A stretch of 32,000 nt of DNA from Desulfotalea psychrophila LSv54 (GTDB taxonomy: Bacteria; Desulfobacterota; Desulfobulbia; Desulfobulbales; Desulfocapsaceae): contig NC_006138.1 of assembly GCF_000025945.1 (NCBI RefSeq), positions 1,890,001 through 1,922,000 of the forward strand, read 5' to 3'. Made by a program: the position numbers and the translations under genes. How positions within the stretch are numbered: the stretch's first letter is position 1; each line of letters begins with the position of its first letter. The notes under the pieces were generated by a model that worked only from the letters and a program-made list of their open reading frames with translations, was not told where the DNA came from and did no database searches. Of the stretch, positions 1 to 7,910 are shown one piece after another.

Positions 1-549
1 TCCAATTCTTCAACGTTTTGCAAGTCGTAGAGGCTACGCAGGAGTTGGCTACCGTCCTTTACCAGACGAGCCTTCTTTTCCTCTGCAACCTGCTGCATAC
101 GAAGCTGTGCAATCTGTTCAGCGTTGTTGATTCGAACTCTACCCTCTTTGTATTTAAAGAAGAGCTTGTCGGTAAAAATACAACGTAGAAAGGAGCAAAT
201 GAGGTCGTCATCGACCTCTTTGCCAAAGGCAAGTTCTGCCAGAAAGGCAGGTGAAAATACGGAGGTGGGCTCGTCGGTGGTAAGCTCCCAGAGCTCTTCA
301 AGGTTGACCTCTTCCATCAGCTCTGCTCGTTTAGCTGTTGTTTCAAGCAGCTTTTGCGAGATCTCTGCCCGGCCGATGCCTACGTCATATGAGCTGGTAG
401 AACAGTGGATTACCCTGGATACCGGGAGGTTGAATTCGCAGGCCTGTTTGGGAGAGGAGGCGCAATCGTTTTGGTTGGCTTTCGGTTACAAGGGCGCAGA
501 CAAACTTGCCGTTATCAATGTACTCTACAATCTTTCCGGTATTGATCAT
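1..549 (-). pseudogene. RNase II/RNase R-family 3'-5' exoribonuclease, N-terminal part only (gene continues past the left edge). The reading frame is broken once near 432-444.
   Basis: Absent from the ORF track: one piece is under 60 aa and the other has no stop inside the window. Minus-strand ATG at 549..547 reads MINTGKIVEYIDNGKFVCALVTESQPKRLRLLSQTGLRIQPPG... and stops at TGA (387..385). A second minus-strand frame is open from 485 to base 1. It reads ...EFNLPVSRVIHCSTSSYDVGIGRAEISQKLLETTAKRAELMEEVNLEELWELTTDEPTSVFSPAFLAELAFGKEVDDDLICSFLRCIFTDKLFFKYKEGRVRINNAEQIAQLRMQQ.... From memory this matches the N-terminal OB-fold and linker region of bacterial RNase II-family proteins. The family call is not verified by search. 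Confidence 0.55.
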
Positions 550-739
550 TATGGGAAGTTACTCTTCTTTGTTGGACTTTTCCTGGAAGAAAAAGGCAAA
601 TTACATGTACGCTTTCTTGGCCGTGGATAGTATACTTCTAATATGTAGAACTTTCCAGAGCATGAAGGCTGCTTGTTTATTGTATATTCAGCCTATTATA
701 GTGCGAAAATAGAAAATCATCACTTTATAAATTTTTTTT

Positions 740-1681
740 ATGCAAAATAATGAATACAAAACCCTAGATGACTTTCTAGGAAAAGATGTAAAGTCGGGAA
801 TGGTCGCTATTGTAGGGCCCCCTAATGCCGGTAAATCCACCTTGATGAATCAACTGTTAGGACAGAAGATTTCCATCGTTACCTCTAAACCACAAACCAC
901 TAGAAATAGAATTCTTGGTATTGTTAACGACGATGCCTATCAAATTGTTCTCCTGGATACTCCCGGCCTGCACAAGGCTGATGAACCGCTGAATATTGAA
1001 ATGATGCGGGTAGCTCTTGAGAGTCTGAGCGAAGTTGATGCGGTACTTTTTTTGGTGGATGTCTCTCTACCCCTCCCTCCTAAGGCGCTGGCCAAACAAC
1101 GGGAAGAGTTAGCGGGCTATATGGAAAAAATAGAGAGTCCTGCCATACTTGTGCTTAACAAGGTTGACCTGATTGATAAGCAGAAGCTGTTGCCGATGAT
1201 AGAGAGTTATGCAAAACTCTTTCCTTTTAAGGCGGTTGTGCCTATTTCTGCCTTGAATGGAGATGGGGCGGATAATCTCCTCAAGGAGATTCTCGAGCTT
1301 ATTCCGGTGGGGCCACGTTATTTTCCTGAAGATATCCCCACCGATGCAACGGAGAGATTTTTGGCGGCCGAAATTGTCCGGGAAAAGGTTTTTCTGCTGA
1401 CGGGTCAGGAGCTTCCCTATTCCGCTGCGACACTGGTGGAGTCCTTTAAGGAAGATGAGCAGAAAAAGCTTATTACTATCCATGCCACCATCGTTGTTGA
1501 GCGTCCATCACAAAAGGGGATGATCATTGGCAAGGGTGGACAGAAGTTGAAACAGATAGGCACGGCGGCAAGAAAAGACATCGAGGCCTTGCTTGGATCC
1601 AAAGTACTGCTTAAGCTATGGGTCAAGGTAAAGAAAAAGTGGGCTGAAGATGAAAATTTTTTGAAAGAGCTTGGCTTTTAG
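740..1681 (+). CDS. era: GTPase Era
   Basis: 313-aa ORF. G1 P-loop GPPNAGKST, G2 TTRN, G3 DTPG, G4 NKVD, and a C-terminal KH domain (IIGKGGQKLKQIG). The length is typical of Era. Confidence 0.95.
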   Translation: MQNNEYKTLDDFLGKDVKSGMVAIVGPPNAGKSTLMNQLLGQKISIVTSKPQTTRNRILGIVNDDAYQIVLLDTPGLHKADEPLNIEMMRVALESLSEVDAVLFLVDVSLPLPPKALAKQREELAGYMEKIESPAILVLNKVDLIDKQKLLPMIESYAKLFPFKAVVPISALNGDGADNLLKEILELIPVGPRYFPEDIPTDATERFLAAEIVREKVFLLTGQELPYSAATLVESFKEDEQKKLITIHATIVVERPSQKGMIIGKGGQKLKQIGTAARKDIEALLGSKVLLKLWVKVKKKWAEDENFLKELGF

Positions 1682-1721
1682 CGCTAGTTTGTCTCAGGTA
1701 ATTCTGTGATTTTTTGTAAAT

Positions 1722-1765
1722 TCTCCTGTTTTCCTTTTCAGCGGTAGCAGGAGAGTTCTTTTTTC
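1722..1765 (+). terminator. Possible intrinsic terminator after era
   Basis: TCTCCTG (1722-1728) pairs with CAGGAGA (1748-1754) and is followed by GTTCTTTTTT. The loop is long (19 nt), so the call is only moderate. Confidence 0.45.
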
Positions 1766-2196
1766 TCAGTATGCAAGGTCTTTGCCTGCTGTTCAGGAAG
1801 AGGTTATTTTTGCTTGTGTCCGCCCTCTAGCTCCCCGTTTTTCAGTTTTTTTCTGTGCTAGTTTTGCTTTTTTGACGGAAGTCCTTGCTTTTCTCTTTCT
1901 ATTGGGATAGAGGATACCCCGCTTATTCTTTTCGGTCATGTCTTGTGAGTTGTGCCTACAAGTTTTGAGATAGTTGTTATCTTTTGTTACTTCCTTCCTC
2001 GCAAGAACGAGCACGCATGGAGGTACTTGGTGTTTTTGTATGTACTTCCCCCAGAGATAAAAGAGAGACGAGTACCGTCTTTCTAAATCGTGCAATTGGT
2101 TCCGATTGATTTTTACATGAACTTTTCATGCCGTAAGGCTTAAGGGTTCATGATATCCGGCATTGTGAAAATGCCTAGCCCTATAGAGGTAATTGA

Positions 2197-4095
2197 ATGA
2201 CAACAGTTTCAACAGATGTAACAGGTTCAACAGACACAGCAAGTTCAATAGATGCAGCAGTTCCATCAGCTCCAGTAGCTCCAGCAGCTCCAGTAGCTCC
2301 AGCAGCTCCAGTAGCTCCAGTAGCTCCAGTAGCTCCAGTAGCTCCAGTAGCTCCAGCAGTTTCTTTTACTGATTTTAATTTAAAATCAGACCTTGTAGCA
2401 AATCTTGTAAAACTTGGCTTTAGCCAACCTACACCTATCCAAGAGAAGGCCATTCCTCTCCTTCTAGCAGGTTCTGATCTGATAGGTCAGGCTCAAACCG
2501 GAACAGGTAAGACCGCAGCTTTTGGTTTACCACTTCTAAATAATATTGATTTTTCTAAAAAATGTGTGCAGGCCCTTGTTCTTGCTCCAACCCGTGAGCT
2601 TGCCCAGCAAGTAGGTGATGCTCTTGCCACTTATAGTGGTGACGATGGTCGCAATGTTCTGGTTGTGTATGGTGGTTCGTCTTATCAAGCTCAGGTAGGT
2701 GGACTTCGCAGGGGTGCGCGTGTTGTTGTTGGTACTCCTGGACGATTGCTTGACTTAATCCGTCAGGGATCTCTGAAGCTTGATCAGCTGAAGACCCTTG
2801 TTCTTGATGAAGCGGATGAGATGCTCAGTATGGGCTTTATTGATGATATTGAAACAATTTTGTCACAAACACCGAAAGATCGTCAAACAATGCTTTTTTC
2901 TGCGACCCTTTCTTCTCGTGTAATGAGTATTGCCAATCGTTATCTTCATTCGCCTGAGTCTATCTCTATCAGTCCGAAGCAGATGATCGGCTCTTCCATT
3001 GAGCAACGTTACTATCTTATTAATAATAGTGATAAAATTGCTGCAATAACAAGAGTATTTGAAGTAGAGACTGTTGAAAGCGCCCTCATCTTTGCCAGAA
3101 CTCGTGCAACGGTTAGTGAGCTTGCAAACGAGCTTATTTCCCGTGGATTTGCTGCAGAAGGTCTTAGTGGCGATTTGAGCCAAGAGGCTAGAACACGAGT
3201 TTTGAGTCGTTTTAAGAAGGGTCAGATCAAGGTACTTGTGGCAACAGATGTTGCGGCTCGTGGTCTTGATATTGACGATATTTCTCATGTTTTCAATTAT
3301 GATCTGCCAGAAGATCCTGAGGTTTATGTTCATCGTATTGGTCGTACCGGTCGTGCTGGTCGTAGTGGAACCGCTATCTCACTGGTAACTCTTCGTGATC
3401 GTTGGATGCATCGCCGTATAGAGCAATATACTGGTAAAAAATTGATCAAGGGCGAGCTTCCCACCGTTGAGCAGATTGAAGAGCATCGCAACACTCAATT
3501 TTTAGAGCGTCTTGATGTATGGATCCGTCGTGGTCGTTGTCGTGGTGAGAGAGAGATTGTAGAGGCTCTTGTTGAGCAGGGAATGGATCCTCTTGATGTT
3601 GCTGCTGCTGCCTTGAAAATTGTTCGTAAGGATGAGACCAAGCGTCCAATTGATCCGATCAAACCTGTTATTGAAGATGCAGGCGGAAGAAATCGCAAGC
3701 GCGGTGACAGAAATGATCGTGGTGCTAATGGTCGAGGTGATAGAGGCGGTCGATCTGATAGCCGTGGTGGACGTCCACAGGGCCGTCGCGATGATCGTTT
3801 TGCTAAGGGTGGTGATAGAGGCCCAAAGAAAAAAGGCGATGATGTCCGACAGGTTAGCGACAAAGATATGGTGCCTCTTACCCTTGATGCTGGTAAAAAA
3901 GACGGTGTTGCGGTAAATCATATTGTGGCCTCCTTGTCTCATTTTGCAGGAATTTCTTCTCGGGAACTTGGAAAAATTCGTATTAATGAAACCCATAGTA
4001 GTATCGACGTGCCAAAGGGTTTGGTTGATAAAATGCTCTCCCATAACGGTAGCTACCGCATCTCCAAAAAAGCGGTAAATCTTACCCACCAATAG
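2197..4095 (+). CDS. deaD: DEAD-box ATP-dependent RNA helicase, DeaD/CsdA type, with an N-terminal Ala-Pro-Val repeat extension and an Arg/Gly/Asp-rich linker
   Basis: 632-aa ORF. SD AGAGG at 2186-2190. Q motif GFSQPTPIQ, motif I AQTGTGKT, Ia PTRELA, II DEAD (VLDEADEML), III SAT, V ATDVAARGLD, VI HRIGRTGRAG. A DbpA-like RNA-binding tail follows (MVPLTLDAGKKDGVAVNHIVASL...IRINETHSSIDVP). Confidence 0.93.
   Translation: MTTVSTDVTGSTDTASSIDAAVPSAPVAPAAPVAPAAPVAPVAPVAPVAPVAPAVSFTDFNLKSDLVANLVKLGFSQPTPIQEKAIPLLLAGSDLIGQAQTGTGKTAAFGLPLLNNIDFSKKCVQALVLAPTRELAQQVGDALATYSGDDGRNVLVVYGGSSYQAQVGGLRRGARVVVGTPGRLLDLIRQGSLKLDQLKTLVLDEADEMLSMGFIDDIETILSQTPKDRQTMLFSATLSSRVMSIANRYLHSPESISISPKQMIGSSIEQRYYLINNSDKIAAITRVFEVETVESALIFARTRATVSELANELISRGFAAEGLSGDLSQEARTRVLSRFKKGQIKVLVATDVAARGLDIDDISHVFNYDLPEDPEVYVHRIGRTGRAGRSGTAISLVTLRDRWMHRRIEQYTGKKLIKGELPTVEQIEEHRNTQFLERLDVWIRRGRCRGEREIVEALVEQGMDPLDVAAAALKIVRKDETKRPIDPIKPVIEDAGGRNRKRGDRNDRGANGRGDRGGRSDSRGGRPQGRRDDRFAKGGDRGPKKKGDDVRQVSDKDMVPLTLDAGKKDGVAVNHIVASLSHFAGISSRELGKIRINETHSSIDVPKGLVDKMLSHNGSYRISKKAVNLTHQ
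2269..2358 (+). repeat. Ten head-to-tail 9-bp units GCTCCAG(T/C)A inside deaD, encoding (APV/APA)x10
   Basis: Counted directly: units start at 2269, 2278, 2287 ... 2350. The only variation is T/C at unit position 8. The repeat is in frame and translates as APVAPAAPVAPAAPVAPVAPVAPVAPVAPA. Confidence 0.97.
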
Positions 4096-4103
4096 TCAGT
4101 TTT

Positions 4104-4132
4104 ACCGAGGTCACCTCTTGGGTGGCCTCGGT
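4104..4132 (+). terminator. Stem-loop just after the deaD stop (possible terminator or RNA-stability hairpin)
   Basis: ACCGAGGTCACC (4104-4115), loop TCTTG, GGTGGCCTCGGT (4121-4132). This is a 12-bp stem with one G-U pair. The tail is CT-rich rather than a clean U-run. Confidence 0.5.
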
Positions 4133-4408
4133 ATCCTCTCTCTCTCCTCCGCTTTTTTCTGGATCCCTTCCGGTTCTATTTGCTTTTCTTTTTTTGTAAA
4201 ATTTATTATTTAGTTTAAGTATCTTGTTTGAGGATCTCCGCTTTTTTAATATAGTAATGTCTATTATTGCGTGACTGTACGGCCTTTCTTCTTTTTTTTA
4301 CGCCTGTTAGCTCACATGGCTTTACCTTGTGTTTGTTGATTGATATTATTGGCTTATTGAAAAAAACAGCTATATAATCTATTTTCCATCATATAAAGAG
4401 TAATTGTT

Positions 4409-5809
4409 ATGCCGAAAAATAACTTGCTACGTACCCTGCCTAAGGTTGACGAAAGTATCGCGCAGCTGCGTTCTACTGGTGTTGCCTATTCTTCCGATTT
4501 TGTCTTGAAAAAATCTGTCCAGACCTGCATTGCTCGTGAACGTCAGGGGATTCTTGCTGGGAAAATAACAGAGAAAAGGGCAGAGGACTCCTGGCATGCC
4601 TGCTTTCTAAAAGAACTCAAGGAGAGGCAGGCCCCTAATCTGCGACGGATGATCAACGGTACGGGGGTTGTTATTCATACAAATCTTGGCCGCTCTCTTT
4701 TATCCTCCCAGGTAGCAGAACGTCTCGCTCAGACGGCAAGCTATTACTCTAACCTGGAATTTGATTTGGCAACGGGTAAAAGAGGGAGTCGTTATAGTCT
4801 GGTCGAAGATACTATCTGTGAGTTAACCGGTGCCGAGGCGGCTCTTGTTGTTAATAATAATGCCGCCGCAGTTTTCCTTGCCCTCGATGCCCTTTGTCGT
4901 GGTACAGAGGTTATTGTCTCTCGGGGGCAACTTGTGGAAATTGGTGGATCTTTTCGGATACCAGATGTGATGGCAAGAAGCGGTGCAGATCTGGTAGAGG
5001 TCGGTGCCACCAACCGAACTCATCTCTATGATTATGAAGATGCTATCAGCGAGCAGACCTCTATGCTGCTTCGGGTGCATACCTCAAATTTTCGGATAAT
5101 AGGCTTTACCTCTGAGGTGCCTGCTGAAGAGATGGTGGGGCTTGCTCGAAAAAAAAACCTACTGACCATGGAAGATCTTGGCAGTGGCTCCCTCATTGAC
5201 CTCACCTCCTATGGTTTTCCTAAGGAGCCTACTGTGCAGGAACTGGTTAAGGCCGGTGTTGATGTGGTGACCTTTAGCGGTGATAAGCTACTCGGCGGTC
5301 CCCAGGCTGGTATCATTGTTGGCAGTAAGTCGGTCGTTGAACGCATCAAGAAAAGCCCAATGAACCGGGCCTTTCGGGTGGATAAGTTCACCCTTGCCGC
5401 CCTGGAGGTGGTGCTCCGTTCCTACTACGATAGCCGGCAGGCTTTGCAGGAGATACCAACCCTCCGTATGCTGACGACGGGCAAGGATGTCCTCTTAAAG
5501 AGGGCACGGCGTATTTCTCGCAGGCTCTCAGCAAAACTTAAAGAAAAATGTACGCTTCGAATTGTGCCAACCATGTCCCGGGTCGGAGGAGGGGCCTTTC
5601 CCGAGCATGATCTTGCCAGCTGGGCGGTGGCGTTTAGACCGGAGCATATCAGGTTAAGCGAGATTGAAAAGAGGCTGCGAAAGCTCAATACCCCTATTAT
5701 TGGTCGCTTGGAAAATGAAAAGTTTCTTCTGGATGTGCGAACCATCCAGGATGATGAAGTGGGACTGCTCTGTTCCCTTTTGTTAGAGTTCTTTTTGGAG
5801 GCTAGCTAG
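4409..5809 (+). CDS. selA: L-seryl-tRNA(Sec) selenium transferase (selenocysteine synthase)
   Basis: 466-aa ORF. N-terminal LRTLPKVDE, NNNAAAVFLAL, GGSFRIPDVM, and the PLP-lysine motif FSGDKLLGGPQAGIIVG. Length and motif order are typical of SelA. Confidence 0.94.
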   Translation: MPKNNLLRTLPKVDESIAQLRSTGVAYSSDFVLKKSVQTCIARERQGILAGKITEKRAEDSWHACFLKELKERQAPNLRRMINGTGVVIHTNLGRSLLSSQVAERLAQTASYYSNLEFDLATGKRGSRYSLVEDTICELTGAEAALVVNNNAAAVFLALDALCRGTEVIVSRGQLVEIGGSFRIPDVMARSGADLVEVGATNRTHLYDYEDAISEQTSMLLRVHTSNFRIIGFTSEVPAEEMVGLARKKNLLTMEDLGSGSLIDLTSYGFPKEPTVQELVKAGVDVVTFSGDKLLGGPQAGIIVGSKSVVERIKKSPMNRAFRVDKFTLAALEVVLRSYYDSRQALQEIPTLRMLTTGKDVLLKRARRISRRLSAKLKEKCTLRIVPTMSRVGGGAFPEHDLASWAVAFRPEHIRLSEIEKRLRKLNTPIIGRLENEKFLLDVRTIQDDEVGLLCSLLLEFFLEAS

Positions 5810-7825
5810 ATGCTGATCCCTTTTCCTTTACAATTGGAGGATAAAACGCTGACTGCTGAAGATTTCAGGAGATTTTCCACCTATTTCAGAGAGATAATTT
5901 TAGAACTTGTACCAACCAGTGTAGAGGTATCCTTTGCCGATGCCACCGAGAGATCTGGCCATCCTCAACAAACAGACGAATCCAGGCGTTTAGATTTCGC
6001 CTATTTTGCGGATGAGTGTCTGCTTCTCTCCTTTATGTTGGCTAGTGAAGAGGTTGTCTTAGCTGTTGTCGAGGGTATTGATCCCTTTGTGGCAGAGAGG
6101 TGTACAGAGGATTGGCTAGAGAGGATCCATCATCTTATTCAGAAAAAATTTCTTGAGGAAAAAGAGAGACGGGTGGACCTGCAAACGGGCCTTTTGAATT
6201 TGTCATCACTTGAATTTTTAGTCGAAGAGCCAAGGTTTCGGCAAAATGGTGGGCTGCTCTTTATAGAAATCCCCCCCCCGCGTTCAAGGAGTCGATACGG
6301 CTATATTCATGTGCAAAAGGCAAGCCGGCTATTGCAGTCTTTCGTTAAAGATATAGGGCTATTGCATTATATGGGGCATAGCCTTTTTGCCCTGTTGGTA
6401 GACGTCGATCCTCTGGCCTATACAGCACAACTGCTGGGATATTTGAGAAGAGAGGGGTGTCGCCGTGTCCATATCGGGGTTGGCTCTACGCAGGCCCAAG
6501 AGAACTTTGGCGTCAGCGGGCGATTGTTGCTTGATCAGGCCTGGACGGCTCTACAAGAGGCCTATAGCCGGGGACCATATAGCTTTTGTGATTATACAAC
6601 CCTGGCCTATCCTCATCGACATCCACTGGCCGAGCCTGAGGCAGCTGTCCGGAAAAGGATTCAGCGGGCAGAGCGTAATTTGGAGAAATTTTGTCTTGTC
6701 CTTTTTAAGAAGGATCAGGTCTGCCGTCGGAGCCTGGAGGATCTTTTTCTCGGCCCTGAGGATATGGAAATTTTTGTCTGGCAGGAAGAGTTTTATGTGC
6801 TCCTGCCAAATTTCACGGCAGAGCGGGCTCAACTCTGGGCCAGTGATATGGTGGTTCGACTCTCTGCCCGGAAAACTGCTGTATCAGCTGGAGTTGGGCA
6901 TTTTCCTTATCAAGATTTTTCTGCAAAAGAGACCCTGGGCCATGCCAAAAAGGCCCTGCTTCATGCCCTCTTTTATGGCAAAAAAACAGTTACTCTCTTT
7001 GGTGCTGTCAGTCTTAATGTCAGCGGTGATATCTACTATGCTGAAGGTGACCTTGTTCGGGCGGTTCGGGAGTATAAGGCCGGTTTGGTCTGTGATTCCA
7101 GTAATGTAAATTTGCTTAACAGTTTGGGTGTTACCTATGCCATGATGGGCAATCGCTTAGCTCTCTCCTGTTTTCAAGAGGTTCTGCAACTGGAACCGCG
7201 AAATTTTATGGCTCTTTACAATAGTGGATTATATTACCGGGCTACTCATGATTTTAAAATGGCTATTGACTGCTTTGAACAGGCGATTCATCTCCTGCAG
7301 GAGTCGGGTGGTGAAGAGAAGATGCTCAGGGATATTTCTCTGCAACTTGGTATGTTGTGTAGTGAGGAGGGGGACGGCAAACGGGCCCTGGAACTGTTGC
7401 TGCCTCTTGCTCAGGGAGAAAATGATTATTTGTTGGATGATATTTTGTACTATATTGGAAAATCTTATAATGATATAGGAGAATCTAAAAAGGCCATTGC
7501 CTGGCTACAACGAGCTGTTCATGCGCACTGCTTAGAAGATAAGACTATGAGTCTGCTTGGTTATCTCTATTTTTGTGAGGGGGAAGGCAATGAAGTTGCT
7601 CTCTCTCTTTGTCGCAGGAGTGTTGAAAAAAATCCCGTTGATCCGCTATTGAAGCTTCGTTTGGCGGAGGTGCAATTTGCCTGTGGTGAGGTGGAAGAGG
7701 CCCTCTGTCTTGCTCGAAAATGTTTGTCTGGAAAAAAAGTCCAGCGAGAGGCCAGAAAAACATTGGCAAAGATGTATACTGATTTAAAGGAGTATGCAAA
7801 GGCTCGTCGTCTGCTGCCAGAGTAG
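5810..7825 (+). CDS. Uncharacterised protein: two degenerate GGDEF-like domains followed by C-terminal TPR repeats
   Basis: 671-aa ORF. Its ATG directly abuts the selA stop (TAGATG), with GGAGG 8 nt upstream inside the selA 3' end. The first GGDEF-like block is RVDLQTGLLNLSSLEFL ... GGLLFIEI ... YMGHSLFALLV ... VHIGVG ... DQAWTALQEA. The second is FCLVLFKKD ... FVWQEEFYVLLPNFTAERA ... VSAGVGHFP ... AKKALLHALFYGKK. Neither keeps a GG(D/E)EF signature. TPR-like helices run from about aa 410 to 670 (AEGDLVRAVREYKAGL..., LALSCFQEVLQLEPRN..., MAIDCFEQAI...). Domain calls were made by eye only. Confidence 0.6.
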   Translation: MLIPFPLQLEDKTLTAEDFRRFSTYFREIILELVPTSVEVSFADATERSGHPQQTDESRRLDFAYFADECLLLSFMLASEEVVLAVVEGIDPFVAERCTEDWLERIHHLIQKKFLEEKERRVDLQTGLLNLSSLEFLVEEPRFRQNGGLLFIEIPPPRSRSRYGYIHVQKASRLLQSFVKDIGLLHYMGHSLFALLVDVDPLAYTAQLLGYLRREGCRRVHIGVGSTQAQENFGVSGRLLLDQAWTALQEAYSRGPYSFCDYTTLAYPHRHPLAEPEAAVRKRIQRAERNLEKFCLVLFKKDQVCRRSLEDLFLGPEDMEIFVWQEEFYVLLPNFTAERAQLWASDMVVRLSARKTAVSAGVGHFPYQDFSAKETLGHAKKALLHALFYGKKTVTLFGAVSLNVSGDIYYAEGDLVRAVREYKAGLVCDSSNVNLLNSLGVTYAMMGNRLALSCFQEVLQLEPRNFMALYNSGLYYRATHDFKMAIDCFEQAIHLLQESGGEEKMLRDISLQLGMLCSEEGDGKRALELLLPLAQGENDYLLDDILYYIGKSYNDIGESKKAIAWLQRAVHAHCLEDKTMSLLGYLYFCEGEGNEVALSLCRRSVEKNPVDPLLKLRLAEVQFACGEVEEALCLARKCLSGKKVQREARKTLAKMYTDLKEYAKARRLLPE

Positions 7826-7910
7826 TAGATCCATGGATATTGCTATTTTCATCTTAGAAGGGAGGATGTATGGAAAAGAAGGTGCCTAAGCCAAAAAGTC
7901 TCGATATTGT

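Noticed and set aside
125-145. GTTCGAATC (minus strand), resembling a tRNA T-loop
   Set aside because: The flanking bases cannot form a T-stem or acceptor stem, and it sits inside the RNase II-family reading frame (RVRINN).
59-630. Track ORFs 59..301 (-) and 124..630 (+)
   Set aside because: Both lie in the wrong frame or strand over the RNase II-family coding region. Their translations are low-complexity (Ser/Pro-rich) with no motifs. The off-track minus-strand frames give a far more protein-like sequence.
1793-2095. 100-aa minus-strand ORF with a very basic tail, lying between era and deaD
   Set aside because: It has a TTG start and no SD. The composition (K/R runs) is what the complement of a T/C-rich spacer produces. 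No motif is present. It is more likely part of the deaD upstream/5' UTR region.
2181-2453. 90-aa minus-strand ORF containing (GAT/GAA)n
   Set aside because: It is the antisense reading of the 9-bp repeat inside deaD, so it is an artefact of the repeat.
3446-4092. Several long minus-strand and alternative plus-strand ORFs (up to 196 aa) in the 3' third of deaD
   Set aside because: They overlap a confidently assigned helicase frame. They are open only because of the biased CGT/GGT-rich, low-complexity coding sequence.
4096-4408. Looked for tRNA-Sec (selC) or another RNA gene in the 313-bp spacer upstream of selA
   Set aside because: There is no acceptor-stem/T-loop arrangement and no GGAAG...CCA-type ends. 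The region is T-rich and promoter-like. The repeated CTCCGCTTTTTT (about 4148 and about 4236) is too short to interpret.
6465-7109. 214-aa plus-strand ORF in an alternative frame of the GGDEF-TPR gene
   Set aside because: It is entirely nested in the longer ORF, has no motifs and has an odd composition (Cys/Trp/Arg-rich). It is treated as a chance open frame.
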